Shown here: one piece after another, positions 48,004-60,787 of the stretch
Position numbering within the stretch: the first letter of the stretch is position 1
Layout: every line of letters starts with the position of its first letter
Source of the DNA: Yuukianura sp. NJ FZ-2021
Lineage: Eukaryota
DNA length: 64,000 bases
NCBI GenBank assembly: GCA_046563655.1
Contig: CM102286.1
Coordinates: 1,240,001 to 1,304,000 of the forward strand
Direction of reading: 5' to 3'
Translations under genes and position numbers: made by a program
The notes under the pieces: model-generated
The model's database searches: none
The model's input: only the letters and a program-made list of their open reading frames with translations
What the model was told of the DNA's origin: nothing

Positions 48004-49359
48004 ATGCATTTCATTCTGTTGAAGGCGAAATTTGTGTTTGTGATGGGTAATTTACTGATGCTGATTAGCATTTTTGTGCCTGTCAGTCTAAGTAGAGCTG
48101 AAAGTTTGAGTAGTGAGGTCACGAGAGGTCAAAGGTCAATGACCTCGAAAACGTGCGAGGTCAAAGTTGCTCTTGTCCTGTGTAGTGAAGACAAAGAAAC
48201 AAAACGGAGAAAAGGTTTTGCCAAACGTTACTGCAAAATAGAGCGACAAATTGACCAGACTTTGGTCCTCATCAAATCGCTGCTCATCACTCTTACGCAA
48301 AATGAGTCCAAGAACTGCATTCACGTAACCATATTTTCAAATCAAAAACAAAATTTTGAAAAAGTGAATGAAACTATTTTTGGTGACAAAAAAAACTGGG
48401 ATCCCAAGTTTACACAAAATCTGAAACTGGATTTCCTTCCTGTCGAATATCCCGCCGGTAAAGTGTTTCAGAAACCTACATTTAGGCTAATTTTAATATT
48501 AACCTAACGTTAGCCTAACTTTTTTTTTCAATGGATTTGCCCAGGTACTTCCTGGATGCGATCACTGGTTCGTCCTTGTACAACTTTTCGAGTATTTCTG
48601 CCCGACGCTTTACCGAATCACGACTCCGTGATTTACGTTGACACGGACTTTATTTTTCTAAGAAGTGTCACTGACCTTTGGGCAGAATTTGGGGCATTTC
48701 GAGACAGCGAGGTCATGGGCATGTCGGAAGTGTGGTTTCGTAACTTCGTCGACCGTCACGTTCCGCATTACGGCCAAAATGGGCTCCAGGCGGGACTGAT
48801 TCTTATGAATTTGACGCGTATTAGATCACTTGATTGGTCTCAAAAAATTAAACAAATTGGAAATGAGTATCGCTCTGAAATTAGCTATGCAGATCAGGTA
48901 AACAAAAAATTTTTTTAAGAAAAACTCTAATACTAATGTAAAACGTAAAATGTTTGAAAATCTGAAAACATGAAATTTTGTTAGGATATGATCAACATTT
49001 ACTTTTCCCAAAATCCGACCGAGGCTCACGTGATTCCATGCGGGTGGAACTTTCGTGCTTTCCAATGTCAACCAAATGCTAGCAACTGCTCTCTGGATGC
49101 TGGCAGTAGTCCTGGAATTTCTGCATTTCATGGAACTGACACCTCCTTTACATCGCAAGGAAATGAACCCATTTTTTATGAAATTTTCAAAACATTCCAA
49201 AAAATTCGACTAACAGCTGCCTTTAACTTGAAAAGTTTCGTCAAAAAATTACAGCGAAACCTTAGTTTTGAAAAACTAACTAAAAACTCTTCATGTAAAA
49301 TGTATCCAGGATTCAAAAAATTGACACTTTCACATCTTGTAAAACAAAGCAAAATGTAG
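48004..49359 (+). CDS. Glucoside xylosyltransferase-like GT8, copy 1
   Basis: Three exons; LVLIKSLL, RPCTTFRVFLP, VIYVDTDFIFL, GLQAGLILMNLTR, DQD, PCGWNFR, FHG. Confidence 0.85.
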
Positions 49360-49806
49360 TCGTCAGTTCGGGCAATTAAAAAATTCTCAACCGTAACTTC
49401 CTCAGTCATGATGACAGACTAAAAATTTCCACAATACTTTTTAAAAACATCATCACACATTCTAGCTTTTAAGCGTATTTCTTTTGGAGGAAATGTTTTT
49501 TTAATTTAGTAAGTCAGTCATCATTATCAAGATTGGACTGGCCCAGGCAACGCCCAAGTAAGCCTCAGTAGCATTCTTGTCACTTCTTATTATTATTTTT
49601 TTGTGTTTAGTTTTTTTTCCAATTGCATTGCTAAAAGTTCAATGACATTTGCAGAAGTTTTTTTTCAGATGTTTAACTAATTAATTGATTTAATTAATTA
49701 ATTAATTGAATGCATTAATACAAATTACAGTCAAATTATTTGGGGCTAAAATATTCGCAACTTCAGTTGAAACTGCAGGTTCTCGTCATCACAAATTCCA
49801 GACGCC

Positions 49807-51140
49807 ATGAAACTTCTCAATTCAAACTGCATTGTCCTGTGTGTAGCTTTAGCCGTTGCGTGCACTACTGTTGGCAGTAGCGAAGAAAATGCTGGTGTTG
49901 GGGTCATCAGAGGTCAAGGGTCAATCACCCCGAATAATTGCAAGATAAAAGTTGTTTCAATTGTTTGCGATAATTTGGATAAAAAGTGTAATAGACGGAG
50001 TGCAAGTAGGAAGAAGCACTACACGAAAACTTTTTGTACTCTGGAGAGACAAATTGATCAAACGCTGGTTTTAATTAAATCGATGCTCATCACCCTCAAC
50101 ACAGGAAACACAAAGATTGATTCTGAGTTATGCATTGACATGACCATTTTTTCAAGTCGAAAACAAATTTTTGAAACGTTGAACAAAACGATTTTTGAAA
50201 GCAACGGAGACTGGGATCCCAAATTTACTCAAAATTTGAAACTGAGTTACAGAGCAATTGAGTATCCTCCGGGTAAGGCAATTTCCAAAAATTTTCGACA
50301 TTCTTAAAAAGTTGTTTTTTTCGAAATCCACAGAAACGGCATGGATGCGTTCGATGTTCCGTCCTTGTGCAACGTTTCGATTGTTCTTGCCCGAAATTTT
50401 AACAAATCACGATTCCGTGATTTACGTTGACACGGATTTCATTTTTTTGAAAAGTGTCAATGACCTTTGGAAAGAATTTGAAAATTTTGGAGACACAAAA
50501 TTGGCGGGAATGTCAGCTGAATGCAAAGGTCTGTATACAAAGTGGGCCAGAATTCCGTACTACGGTGTCAGTGGACTCCAGGGTGGACTGATACTAATGA
50601 ATTTGACCCGCATGAGGTCACTTGGTTGGAATCAGAAAATGCTTGACATTGGAAAGCGCTATCGTTCCAAACTAGTGTTTGCAGATCAGGTACACAATTA
50701 AATATTTTTTCAAAATTTTGAGCCATTTGAATTTTTTTTAACCATTATAATTTTAGGACATCCTCGGAAACTACTTTTTGCAAAACCCATCTCAACTGCA
50801 TGTCACTCCCTGCGCCTGGAACTTCCGTCCATTACAATGTGGCTCAAGATGCGGTGGTTGTCCAATCAAAGGAGGCGTGGCATTTGCACTTCATGGAATC
50901 AATAGCACGTTTTCAGAATTGGGAATAGAACCAGTCATTCGCCAAGTTTTTGAAACTTTTCAAAAAACAAAGCTCACACCGACCTTTGACCTCAAGCGAC
51001 TCACTCAAAAACTAACTCGCAAAGTAAAATTTGAAGTAAAAATGGGAAGCTCTAAATGCGCAAAATTTCCTGGCATAAAGAAACTTTTACTTTGGCAACT
51101 TTCCAACCACAATAAAATTTCAAAGTTCAAAGGAAAGTAA
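49807..51140 (+). CDS. Glucoside xylosyltransferase-like GT8, copy 2
   Basis: Same 3-exon structure; FRPCATFRLFLP, YVDTD, DQDILGNYF, PCAWNFRP, LHG. Confidence 0.85.
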
Positions 51141-51378
51141 AAATACATACACATTTTTAAAAACTTTTCGAAAACCTAACCTATTTGCTTTCCTTCAATG
51201 TTATTGCATTAGTGAAAGGTCCATGACCGTTTACAGACATTTTTTCAGATGTTTAACTACTTGAATTAATTGAATAACCGAATTGACTTAATACAAATTA
51301 CAAACAAATTATCTCGTGTTTTTTTTCTGCAACTTTAGTTGAAACTCCAGCTTCTCTTGGCGACAAATTCCGGACGCC

Positions 51379-52728
51379 ATGAAATTTCTAAATCCAACCT
51401 TCAGACTCTTGTGTGTAACTTTAGCTTTGGCTGTTGCGTACATTGCAGTATGCAGTAGTGACGAAAGTGCTGGTGCTGAGGTCATCGGAGGTCAAGGGTC
51501 AATGACCGCACGTCCTTGTAAGGTCAAAGTTGTATCAATTCTATGTGATAATTTGGATAAAAAGTGCAATAGACGAAGGGTCAGTAGAAAGCACTACACG
51601 AAAACTTTTTGTACACTGGAGAGACAAATTGACCAAACCTTGGTTTTAATTAAATCCGTGCTCATCACACTCAACACAGAAAACACAAAAAATGATCCTG
51701 AGTCATGCATTGACATGACCATATTTTCAAATCAAAAACAAATTTTTGAAAGTTTGAACAAAACGATTTTTGAAAACAAAGGAGATTGGGATCCCAAATT
51801 TACTCAAAATCTGAAACTGAATTACGGAGCAATCGAGTATCCTCCGGGTAATAAAATTTGCAAGATTTTGTAAAATTTTTAAAAATTTACTTTGTTGTTT
51901 TTTTTTTTTTTTTTTGAAATCCGTAGAGACGACATGGATGCGTTCGATGTACCGTCCATGCGCAACGTTTCGATTGTTCTTGCCTGACGTTTTGACAAAT
52001 CACGATTCCGTGATTTACGTTGACACGGATTTCATTTTTTTGAAAAGTGTGAATGACCTTTGGAAAGAATTTGAAAATTTTGGAGACACAAAATTGGCGG
52101 GAATGTCAGCTAAATGTATGGACTTTCATACCAACTACGCCAGAATTCCGTACTACGGTGCCAGTGGACTCCAGGGTGGACTGATACTAATGAATTTGAC
52201 GCGCATGAGGTCAAGTGGTTGGACTCAGAAAGTGATTGACATTGGAAAGCGCTATCGTTCCAAAATACTTTATGCAGATCAGGTACAGAATTTCAAATTT
52301 TTCGTGCATTTCAAACTTTTTTTTTAAAGTTACTAAATTTTTAGGACATCCTCGGAAACTAATTTTTTCAAAATCCATCTCAACTGCATGCAACTCCCTG
52401 CGCCTGGAACTTCCGTCCACGGCAATGTGGCTCAACATGCGGTGGTTGTCCAATCAAAGAAGGCGTGGTATTTGCACTTCATGGAGTTGGTAGCACTTTT
52501 TCAAAATTGGGAATAGAACCAGTCATTCGCCAAGTTTTTGAAACTTTTCAAAAAACAAAGCTCACGCCGACCTTTGACCTCAAGCGACTCACTCAAAAAC
52601 TAACTCGCAAAGTAAAATTTGAAGTAAAAATGGGAAGCTCTAGTTGCGCAAAATTTCCTGGCATAAAGAAACTTTTACTTTGGCAACTTTCCAACCACAA
52701 TAAAATTTCAAAGTTCAAAGGAAAGTAA
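51379..52728 (+). pseudogene. Glucoside xylosyltransferase-like GT8, copy 3, with premature stop
   Basis: Close paralog of copy 2, but exon 3 reads GAC ATC CTC GGA AAC TAA (52360-52362) where copy 2 has TAC. Confidence 0.75.
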
Positions 52729-52999
52729 AAGTAGAAATACAAATATTTAAAAACTTTTCGAAAAAAAATTCCTATGTAATAGAATTTATAAGCTCATTGG
52801 AATAAAAAACAGTTTCAACCATAATTCATTTATGTGAGAATGCAAAATATTAATTAATTAGCTAATTAAGTAATTAATTAGCTAAGCAGTCAATAACCTC
52901 CACAATTTTTTTTGGTTTCCAAATTGATACAAGTGGCACAAACTTTGTCGTTTGTTCAACTCCATCGTCAGTTCAACTTCAAAAATAGAGAAATTGGTC

Positions 53000-54378
53000 A
53001 TGAATCTTCTACGGTCAAAGGTTAAATCTTCCGTTGTTTTCTGTTTTCTTTTGTTCTTTACAATGAGTCTACTCTGTAATTGTACCAACACAAAATTGAT
53101 CAAAAGTCAAAACCCAAATTCTACAAGTTTCCAAAATTTGGAACCAAAAAGTGTCAAATTGTCCAATCCGAGGGACTGCAAAATTAAAATTGTTTCGGTT
53201 TTGTGCAATGACGAAGAATCAATTCGGGAAAAAGGCAAGAAGTTAACAACTTCCAGAAGTTTCAAGAGACAAATTAATCAAGCATTGGTGTTAATTAAGT
53301 CGTTGTTAATTACTTTAAACAAAACTGAAAGTGACTGTATTCACATGACCGTCATGTCCAATGACCAAAAAAATTTTCAAAAATTGTACAAACTCATTTT
53401 TGAACAGCGAGAAAGTTGGGATTCCAAGTTTACGAAACACTTGAAACTCGAATTTCTTCCGTTCCAGTATCCAAATGGTAAGTTTATTTCATCAGCAAAG
53501 CTTTTTAAAAAAAATGTTTTCTTTTTAAATATTTTTTTTTAATTTTGAAAAGGTACCTTGTGGATGCGTTCGCTGTTCCGCCCTTGTGCAACAATTCGAC
53601 TGTTCTTTCCAGAAGTTTTACCACCAACATTTGACTCTGTACTTTACCTTGATACGGATCTAATTTTTCTTAAAAGTGTGACTGACCTTTGGTCACACTT
53701 GAGGTCATTCGAGGTCAACACGACGTTAGCCGCCATGGCACCTTGCCTAGGTCACTACAATACAAAAAGAAACAAAGTTCCATACTACGGTACGACTGGA
53801 CTCAATGATGGCGTTATGCTCATGAACTTGACACTCATGCGCGTGGGAAACTGGACACAAGAAATTATTCAAATTTCGACCCAGTATCGTTCAAAAATTA
53901 GATTCCCAGATCAGGTACAAACGAGCTAAAAATTTAAAAAAGCCTAAAAAAATTTTTGGATTTGACCTTTGACCCTGGATGCATTTCAAGTTTTTGAAAT
54001 TTTTTTTCTGAAATTTTGACCCAGGATGTGCTGAACAGCTATTTTGCAAGATACCCGCATAAATTACACGAACTTCCATGTCATATGAACTTTCGGTATT
54101 TCCAGTGCCGTTCATGGTCGACCTGCAACGACACTGGAAACGGCATTTCTGTTCTGCATGGAAACAACCTCAGTTTTACTCGAAAGGGACCCGATGCTTC
54201 ATTTCACAAAATTTTCAAAACTTTTCAAAAAACGAAACTTTCTGCAAACTTTGACCTCTACCATTTCAGAAAAAGCATTCTCACGGAACTGAATTTGGTC
54301 AAAGAAAGTGGGCGTGGCTTTTGTGCCAAATTTCACGGATTCGACACTTTAGTTCTCAAAGGGCTTCAGAATTCATAA
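53000..54378 (+). CDS. Glucoside xylosyltransferase-like GT8, copy 4
   Basis: LFRPCATIRLFFP, VLYLDTDLIFL, PYYGTTGLNDGVMLMNLT, DQDVLNSYF, LPCHMNFR, VLHGN. Confidence 0.87.
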
Positions 54379-54453
54379 GCACCAAAAGTTGAATAAACTT
54401 TTTCTTTTGAAAAAATATTTTTTATTGATGTGGATTTTTATTTTTTTTTCGTT

Positions 54454-56118
54454 TTATGGACCACTGAATAGCTTGGACATCTTGTCTGCAAGATTAGCGA
54501 GCTTGTTACCAAGTCTGCCCACTGTGGAGCCAACAGTGGATGTAATGTCGCTTAGCAACTTTGGAATAAAGTTGCGGGTCATGTCCAGACGGTAGAGCGA
54601 CACTTTGCGTTGATTAAGAGGTTGGGTCGGCCGGTAGTTCTGCGCAGGCTCAAGTTCTTCATTAAGCACTTGTCGAATAGCACTCATCTTCAGTTTGAAA
54701 AAAAAAGTTTTACAATTTGAAAATTTTAAGAGCTAAACTTAAATTACCCTATTTCACGGCTTATAATGTTCATTGAACATGAATTGAAACCAGAATTTTC
54801 AGTCAAAACTGTAGCCAAAATTTACAAAAACCCAAAGAAATTCGAAATCAATATTTAAATATGTGAAAATTTTTACCCAAATTCTGAGTTTTCTGGAATT
54901 TTTTCTTTTTATGTTATGCTTCATGGTACAAAAATCACAGATAGCGCGTGCGCTATAGGCCGTGAAATAGGGTAATTTTTTTTTAAATTGCCTTACCTGT
55001 CTCTCGTCCAGTTCATTCACGTCAAGAAACACTGCCCATTTGACTTTTTCGTCACAAGTGGGCGTGGTCAGCGATCCGTCGTACACGGCAACTGCTGGTT
55101 GCGACCTTCTGAGTAAGCTTGGATGCGGGTAAAGTGCTTTCAAATTCAGCCTTTTGTTAAAATGGGTCACATTTCCCGGGGTTTGCAGTTGTTTGGCAAC
55201 ATCTACGATTGGCTTCAAACCTAAATTGTAATTTCCAAGCTAAAAACAAAAAAAAATTTTTTTAATTTTTGTTTCAGTCATGAAAAAAATTTTTTTTTGA
55301 AAATTTACTTGAAAAAACACTCCCATCACAACTACAGCATCACGATCATCAGAATGACTCAAAGCATTTGCCAACGAAGTGTAGTTGCTGCGGTAGTGGA
55401 CCATGTGCAGTTCCAATGGATATCGAAATTCCTTTCTAAAAATTTTGAATTTTGGCTTTTCAAAAATTTTTGAATTTTTTCAAAATTTAAGTCTTACCGT
55501 CCAGTTTCATTGTGGGTAATGGAGTGTTCGGATCCACTTGCAGCATTTTCTCCCCAGTGGAAATGGAGTTGCGCAAAAGTGTAGGTGGAGGTCAGGAAAT
55601 CAGCGGTCATGGAATAGTTGCTCTTAAGTTCGGCCGTGTTAGACACAAATTCAAATTGGACTGGAATTTTATAAAAATGAAATTTTGAAACTGAGTTTCA
55701 CTTTTTTTTTTCATAAATGTTAACTTTTTCAAAAATCTTACTGGAGTGTCCATTGTTTTGGGCGTAGAAACTGTGAGATGACTCTGATCCAAAGGATTCG
55801 TGCATAGAAAACAACTTCACATCTGCCTTTTCCAATTCTGCGTTTGTATACTCAATGTCGATTGGCGACTGTTCAGTACCGGTTTGGCAAATACCGCCCC
55901 ACTTCGTCGATTGGTACCCACAGTTCGGATCATCTTCAGAGTAGCAGAAAGCTAAACCGAAAAAAATGTTTCAAAAAGTTCGGTTTTTCAAAAAAAAAAA
56001 TTCCGAAAAACATTATTTACGACCAACCTGTATGATTTGGAGTACCGACGGCGTCGCTGCCCCGGAAGAAACTGGCTGCAATGAGCAGTAAAACGGAGAC
56101 TTTGAGTGTTACCGCCAT
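54454..56118 (-). CDS. Secreted alpha-carbonic anhydrase
   Basis: Signal peptide MAVTLKVSVLLLIAASFF; QSPIDI, NNGHS, QLHFHWG...GSEH, ELHMVH (three Zn-binding His present), YDGSLTTPTC, NYRPTQPLN. Confidence 0.92.
54747..54972. mobile_element. 226-bp MITE with TA target duplication (Tc1/mariner-pogo type) in a carbonic anhydrase intron
   Basis: TIR ccctatttcacggc(t/c)tata at both ends, with TA at 54745-46 and 54973-74. Confidence 0.8.
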
Positions 56119-56650
56119 TTCGTTTCGAAATTTCGGAAATGGATCAAAAAAACGAAACTTAATGAAATTTCAATTTTTGAGAAAAAAAAGTATTTATATA
56201 AAATGGGAGCCATTGTTTGAACAACATGTTCATGACGGCTACTAAACCTTGACGTATGTTGAATTTCATTTTCCATTTCTGATATTACAGATTAAATCCA
56301 TGCTCTCCGACGATTTTTTTTTCAAAAAATATTTTTGTCAAATTCAAATTTTCTTAACAGTGGTGTAATTATGAATTGCCAATTTTAACAAATGGGACGA
56401 AATTGATTAAATTTAGAAATGTGAGCCCGTGTGCAATAATTTGTTAATTTTTTTTAAATAAACGTTCATATGTTTAGTAAGTACGCAAGTGTTGAATCAC
56501 ATTACGTTCAACCAACTGCCAATTTTTTAAATTATCAGCAGAAAAAAAGTTAGGAGTTGCGAAGTTTCATGATCATCATTAACTTTACACTAACGATTCA
56601 GTTAAGAAACGTTAATTTAGGGAATTACTCAAGGATTAGTCTATGATTAG

Positions 56651-56782
56651 CAGGCCTGCCAAAAATATTTATTCCCCTTGTCCTTAATATGTTAAGTTCG
56701 TAAATATTTCGAGCTTTTTCAATAAATATTGTATTTATTTAAATATTTTCCTGGTTTCTAATAAATACTTTTGGCAGGTCTG
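56651..56782. mobile_element. 132-bp hAT-like MITE
   Basis: TIR caggcctgccaaaaatatttatt / aataaatacttttggcaggtctg (2 mismatches); flanks atgattag / cttattag form a degenerate 8-bp TSD (6/8). Confidence 0.65.
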
Positions 56783-57345
56783 CTTATTAGTCAAAATATA
56801 ATTGAGAAATTTAAAAGCGAATCGAAATTCGAAACGTTTTCAATTTTGCATTCGGAACGAGGTCACTGATGGAGCAAAATTCGAAATCTAGAGATGTAAT
56901 TTCCACAACTTAATTGTTATGAAAATTATAACTTCTGCTAATAAGCGTTACATAATTTAAGAATGTTAACTTTTCCAGGTTGTTAAGGTTTTAATTAAAC
57001 ATCCTACCATAGGCATAACATTGTTCACAATTAGGGGTCACTCATGTTAATTTTTGACCTCACATAAGAGTGGTTAAAGTTAGTTTAAAAAAAAGTTTAA
57101 AATTAACTAACTTTAAAAAGGTGGTAGTCAAACAGTCACTTTTGTCAAAATCAAGTTTGAAAATCACTATGCACATTTTATGTAAAGTACGAATGGAAAC
57201 AATTTATGTGAAGGTCACTAGTGTCGCTTGAGGGCAAAACGTCAAAATAAGTTATGTGAGCTGGAATTTATGAAATCCACATTTCAATATGAATTAGTAC
57301 TAAACTGTGCACAAAACACGTCAACCCATAAGTATTCTAAACTTT

Positions 57346-60215
57346 TCATTTCCCCTGGTGAAATTCAGCAATACAAAGAGAACAGCTCCAGGACCCTTCA
57401 GGTGGAGCATCCAACGGTGGGGTCAAGCAGTACATGTGATATCCACGATCACAGTCATCGCAAAAGAGCAACTGATCCTGTTCAACGACATAAAAAACAC
57501 GGCTTTTTAAAAAAACTTCAAAACATGAATGAACTTTTGTGAAAACATACGTCATTGTCCGACGTTCCGCAGATGGAACAACATTTGCATTCGATGCACT
57601 GCCAACGATACTTCTTCACGGAAATGATCATGTTCACTGTAAATTGAAGACAGCTTGGATGTCCTGTGCAAACAAAAAATTGAGAACAGTTTGAAAAATG
57701 AACAGTATTTTTGAAATTGATCATTTTGAAATTTCGAAATAACATTTTGTTCAAAAATGTAATACCCGAGCGTCCACAGTCAGAACATGAAACAAGTTCT
57801 TCTGGTGCTCCAGATTTCTTATTCTCCCCAGCATCTCCCAGACAGAAGTCGCAGTACAACGATGGTTGAACTCTGGGTTTATGACCTTGACCTTCCCCCA
57901 CGCCTTGACCTTTCTTGTTCCCATCTTCCTGCATTGGTCCTTGCTCTGCTGACCTTGACGATGGACCAGGCATAGGTGGCACTGGCGAACTAGAAGTCAT
58001 GCCCATCATGGGTGGATGTGGTGGACTCCCTCTTCCGGCCATATTCTGATGCTGCATGACATGCGGAGGAGGTTGTTGTGGAATAAGATGTGGTGGAGGA
58101 GGGTGGAGTTGGTGTGGATGGGGCATGTGATGTGGTGGGATCATCATGCCGGGATGTGGACCTGGCATGCCCATGCCCATGCCACCCATAAGATGAGGAG
58201 CCTGTTGAGGCTGGAGAGTCGGTGGTTGTAGCTGCATCGGATGTTGTTGTTGCGGATGAAGAATTGGTGGCTGGATGGATGATCCACTTGAGTTTGACGA
58301 CCGCGGCGCTCCACCGTGTCTCCGAACTGAAACAAAACGAAAGAAACGATTAATTTAGTAACAATTTAGCATAACTTGGCAAAAAAAAAGTAAAAGCAAC
58401 AGCAAGAGGTTTTTCCAGCATCAATTTGGACTAACCTTCCCTTTGTCGGAATGAAGAAGCCAGACAGAAGAAAGAATTTTTGTAAGGAAATCATGCTCTA
58501 GAAATGTTTGAGTCCCATCACAAAAGAACTTAAAATTCAAAGCAACGTAAGTTAAATAGCTTCCTACGACGAAGAAGAAGAGTCCAAACTGACTGCCAGT
58601 ATCTTAAATACGTTAATTAAGATTAGACTTAATTAAGATTTAAGTTTATTCGGTGTTGATTAACTTTAAGTTTGTGAGATTAACTATATTAGCAAAAGTC
58701 TTATCATCAATCATCACTCTTGTGAATTATCACGACATTGGACCAGATCATTATAAGAATCGAATTCAGATTTGTTTGGTTACGTTTGGCTTTTTTTTAA
58801 ATCATTATTGTTCGAAAGTTAGCTCATTGTTTGGTAATCTAAACTCCACTTGGAATTCAGGCTTTGACTTTACGTTAAAGAGGTACGTTGCGTTAAAGAT
58901 TGTGCTTAACGATAGGCGAAAACTGTAAGATTGATATCAAAGAAGTGTGACACTCTTTGATCGAACGCGAGATTTCGAGTAAGTGTAAAATAGACTTTTT
59001 TCGAAAATGACTAAAGGTTGAAGGGATTAGACTTAAATGAATATCGACCTGGACTGCCTTCATCGCGTTGTTTCATTTCATCATCGTCTTCTTCTTCTTT
59101 ATCCTTGTGAGAGTGCGTGTAATGGTAGGTTAGTCCTGGTCTTGTCTTATATCGTGCGCCACAAACTGGAATTCAAAGGAAATAGTTCAAGAATCATGAA
59201 TATTCCATGGAGAAACTACCAAACTTACTGTCACATGAAAATGGTTTTTCAGGATCAGTCACAGCATCATAAGTAATTTTCCTTTTCCCACGCGTGTTGG
59301 ACTGCAAAAAGTGACGAAATCCCGTTTAAAATAGTGTATACTATTTTGTTAGCCTGGACAAATAGATTGATTGATCAGCTCTTACCCTTGGTGCCTTGGG
59401 TGTAGTAGCCTTCTTTTTCTTCTTCTTACTGAAACTCTCTTCGTAGTCATAATCCGAATCCGCATCAGGTTCGTCGAATTCTCCTGAATCTGGGAGGTCA
59501 AGGTCATCATAATACCACGCCTCCTGAAACAAAGTCACACGACACTAATACGAATGCTTACTAGTAAAAGTAGATCCATTAATCAGATTAATGTTGGTGT
59601 AACATCTTACCGCAGGCTTTGGCTCTTCCTTTGGAGGAATTTCCTTGGGTTCATCCACAATAATTCCAGGAGTAGCCGTGTTTCCGTTCGGAACTTCCGG
59701 AGTAACTGCTGGTTCGGACTCATCCGGTGTTTCTTTTGCACTAAAGGGAAAAAAAAACAAACAAATTATGACCTACTTCTATTGAAAACTGACTGAGTAC
59801 TGAGTCCTGGGTAAGTCTTACATGAGGCCATGAGGATACCTGGGTTGCATAAAATTGTTGAGATACTGCCGACGTTTCTTCTTCCATCTTTTAGATGGGT
59901 AAGTGTATATCTGTCCTTCTCGTAAACCTGGTAAGCGATCCCTGGCATCCATCCATAGCATAGAATGATTCTGGGCTACTCCTGTCTGAGAATCCAAAAA
60001 TGGCAGTCGAGAAGTTCTGTCAGCTGATAACCGGGCATTGAAAGCAGCAGCACTCTCAATCGTCTCCATATAAATGGGATCATTCATGAATCTAAAGTAA
60101 TAAACGATAATTAGATCGAGTACACTGGTTCATATTCATAACGTTAAAAACGAGCATCTTACGACTGTATCTTCGCGACGAGTACTGGATTTATTTTGAT
60201 ATCTAGGTCCTCCAT
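57346..60215 (-). CDS. d4: Zinc finger protein ubi-d4/DPF (BAF45): Requiem N-domain, C2H2 finger, double PHD
   Basis: [16 protein letters not shown]...[49 protein letters not shown]...[19 protein letters not shown]...WQCIECK...[18 protein letters not shown]. Confidence 0.93.
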
Positions 60216-60787
60216 TGTTATTCATACAGTGTACTTGTACAATTTCCTAGAAAACTTCAACTAATTTAGTTAAATGGCATATGAATGGTTGCAATAACTA
60301 CCAAAACAATAAAAAGTCGAAACCTAAAGAAATATGGCGGTCCCGTTCAGCAAATTACTACTCAAACCACTACTATGCACTAGAACAAATATCGCCATAG
60401 CTCGGCCAACCCAAGCTTAACTTCGGACTGGATCCGCGAAACTTCCAAGCGTCGGCAGCGGTATTTGTATTGGACGCGAAGTGTCAAATGCCATTGGCAA
60501 AACGAGAAAACATTGCAAATTCGGTTGTCCAAAATTGCAAATTGTAAGTCTCTGGGATTCTCTGGGAAGCATGAATTCGGACAAGTCCGAGGATTAGGGT
60601 GACTCAAAAGCAAATGCGAAACTACAAAACTGCAAAATGCGAAATTACAAAAGTACGAAATGCAAATGTCATAACTTTGTCAGCTGTGTTTTTAGCGGTG
60701 TTGTTGGTGTTGATGTTGTGGATATTATCATATCATATTTTCAATTAATTAATTGATTTTACACTACATATACAGTTATTAAGGATA
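60216..60787. promoter_or_regulatory. Probable shared bidirectional promoter of d4 and eIF2B-beta
   Basis: Divergent start codons are only ~570 bp apart. Confidence 0.5.

Noticed and set aside
58430..58480. Possible microexon in the long d4 intron (aaag|ggaag|gttagt on the minus strand)
   Set aside because: 5 nt would shift the frame, and the flanking exons already join in phase 1
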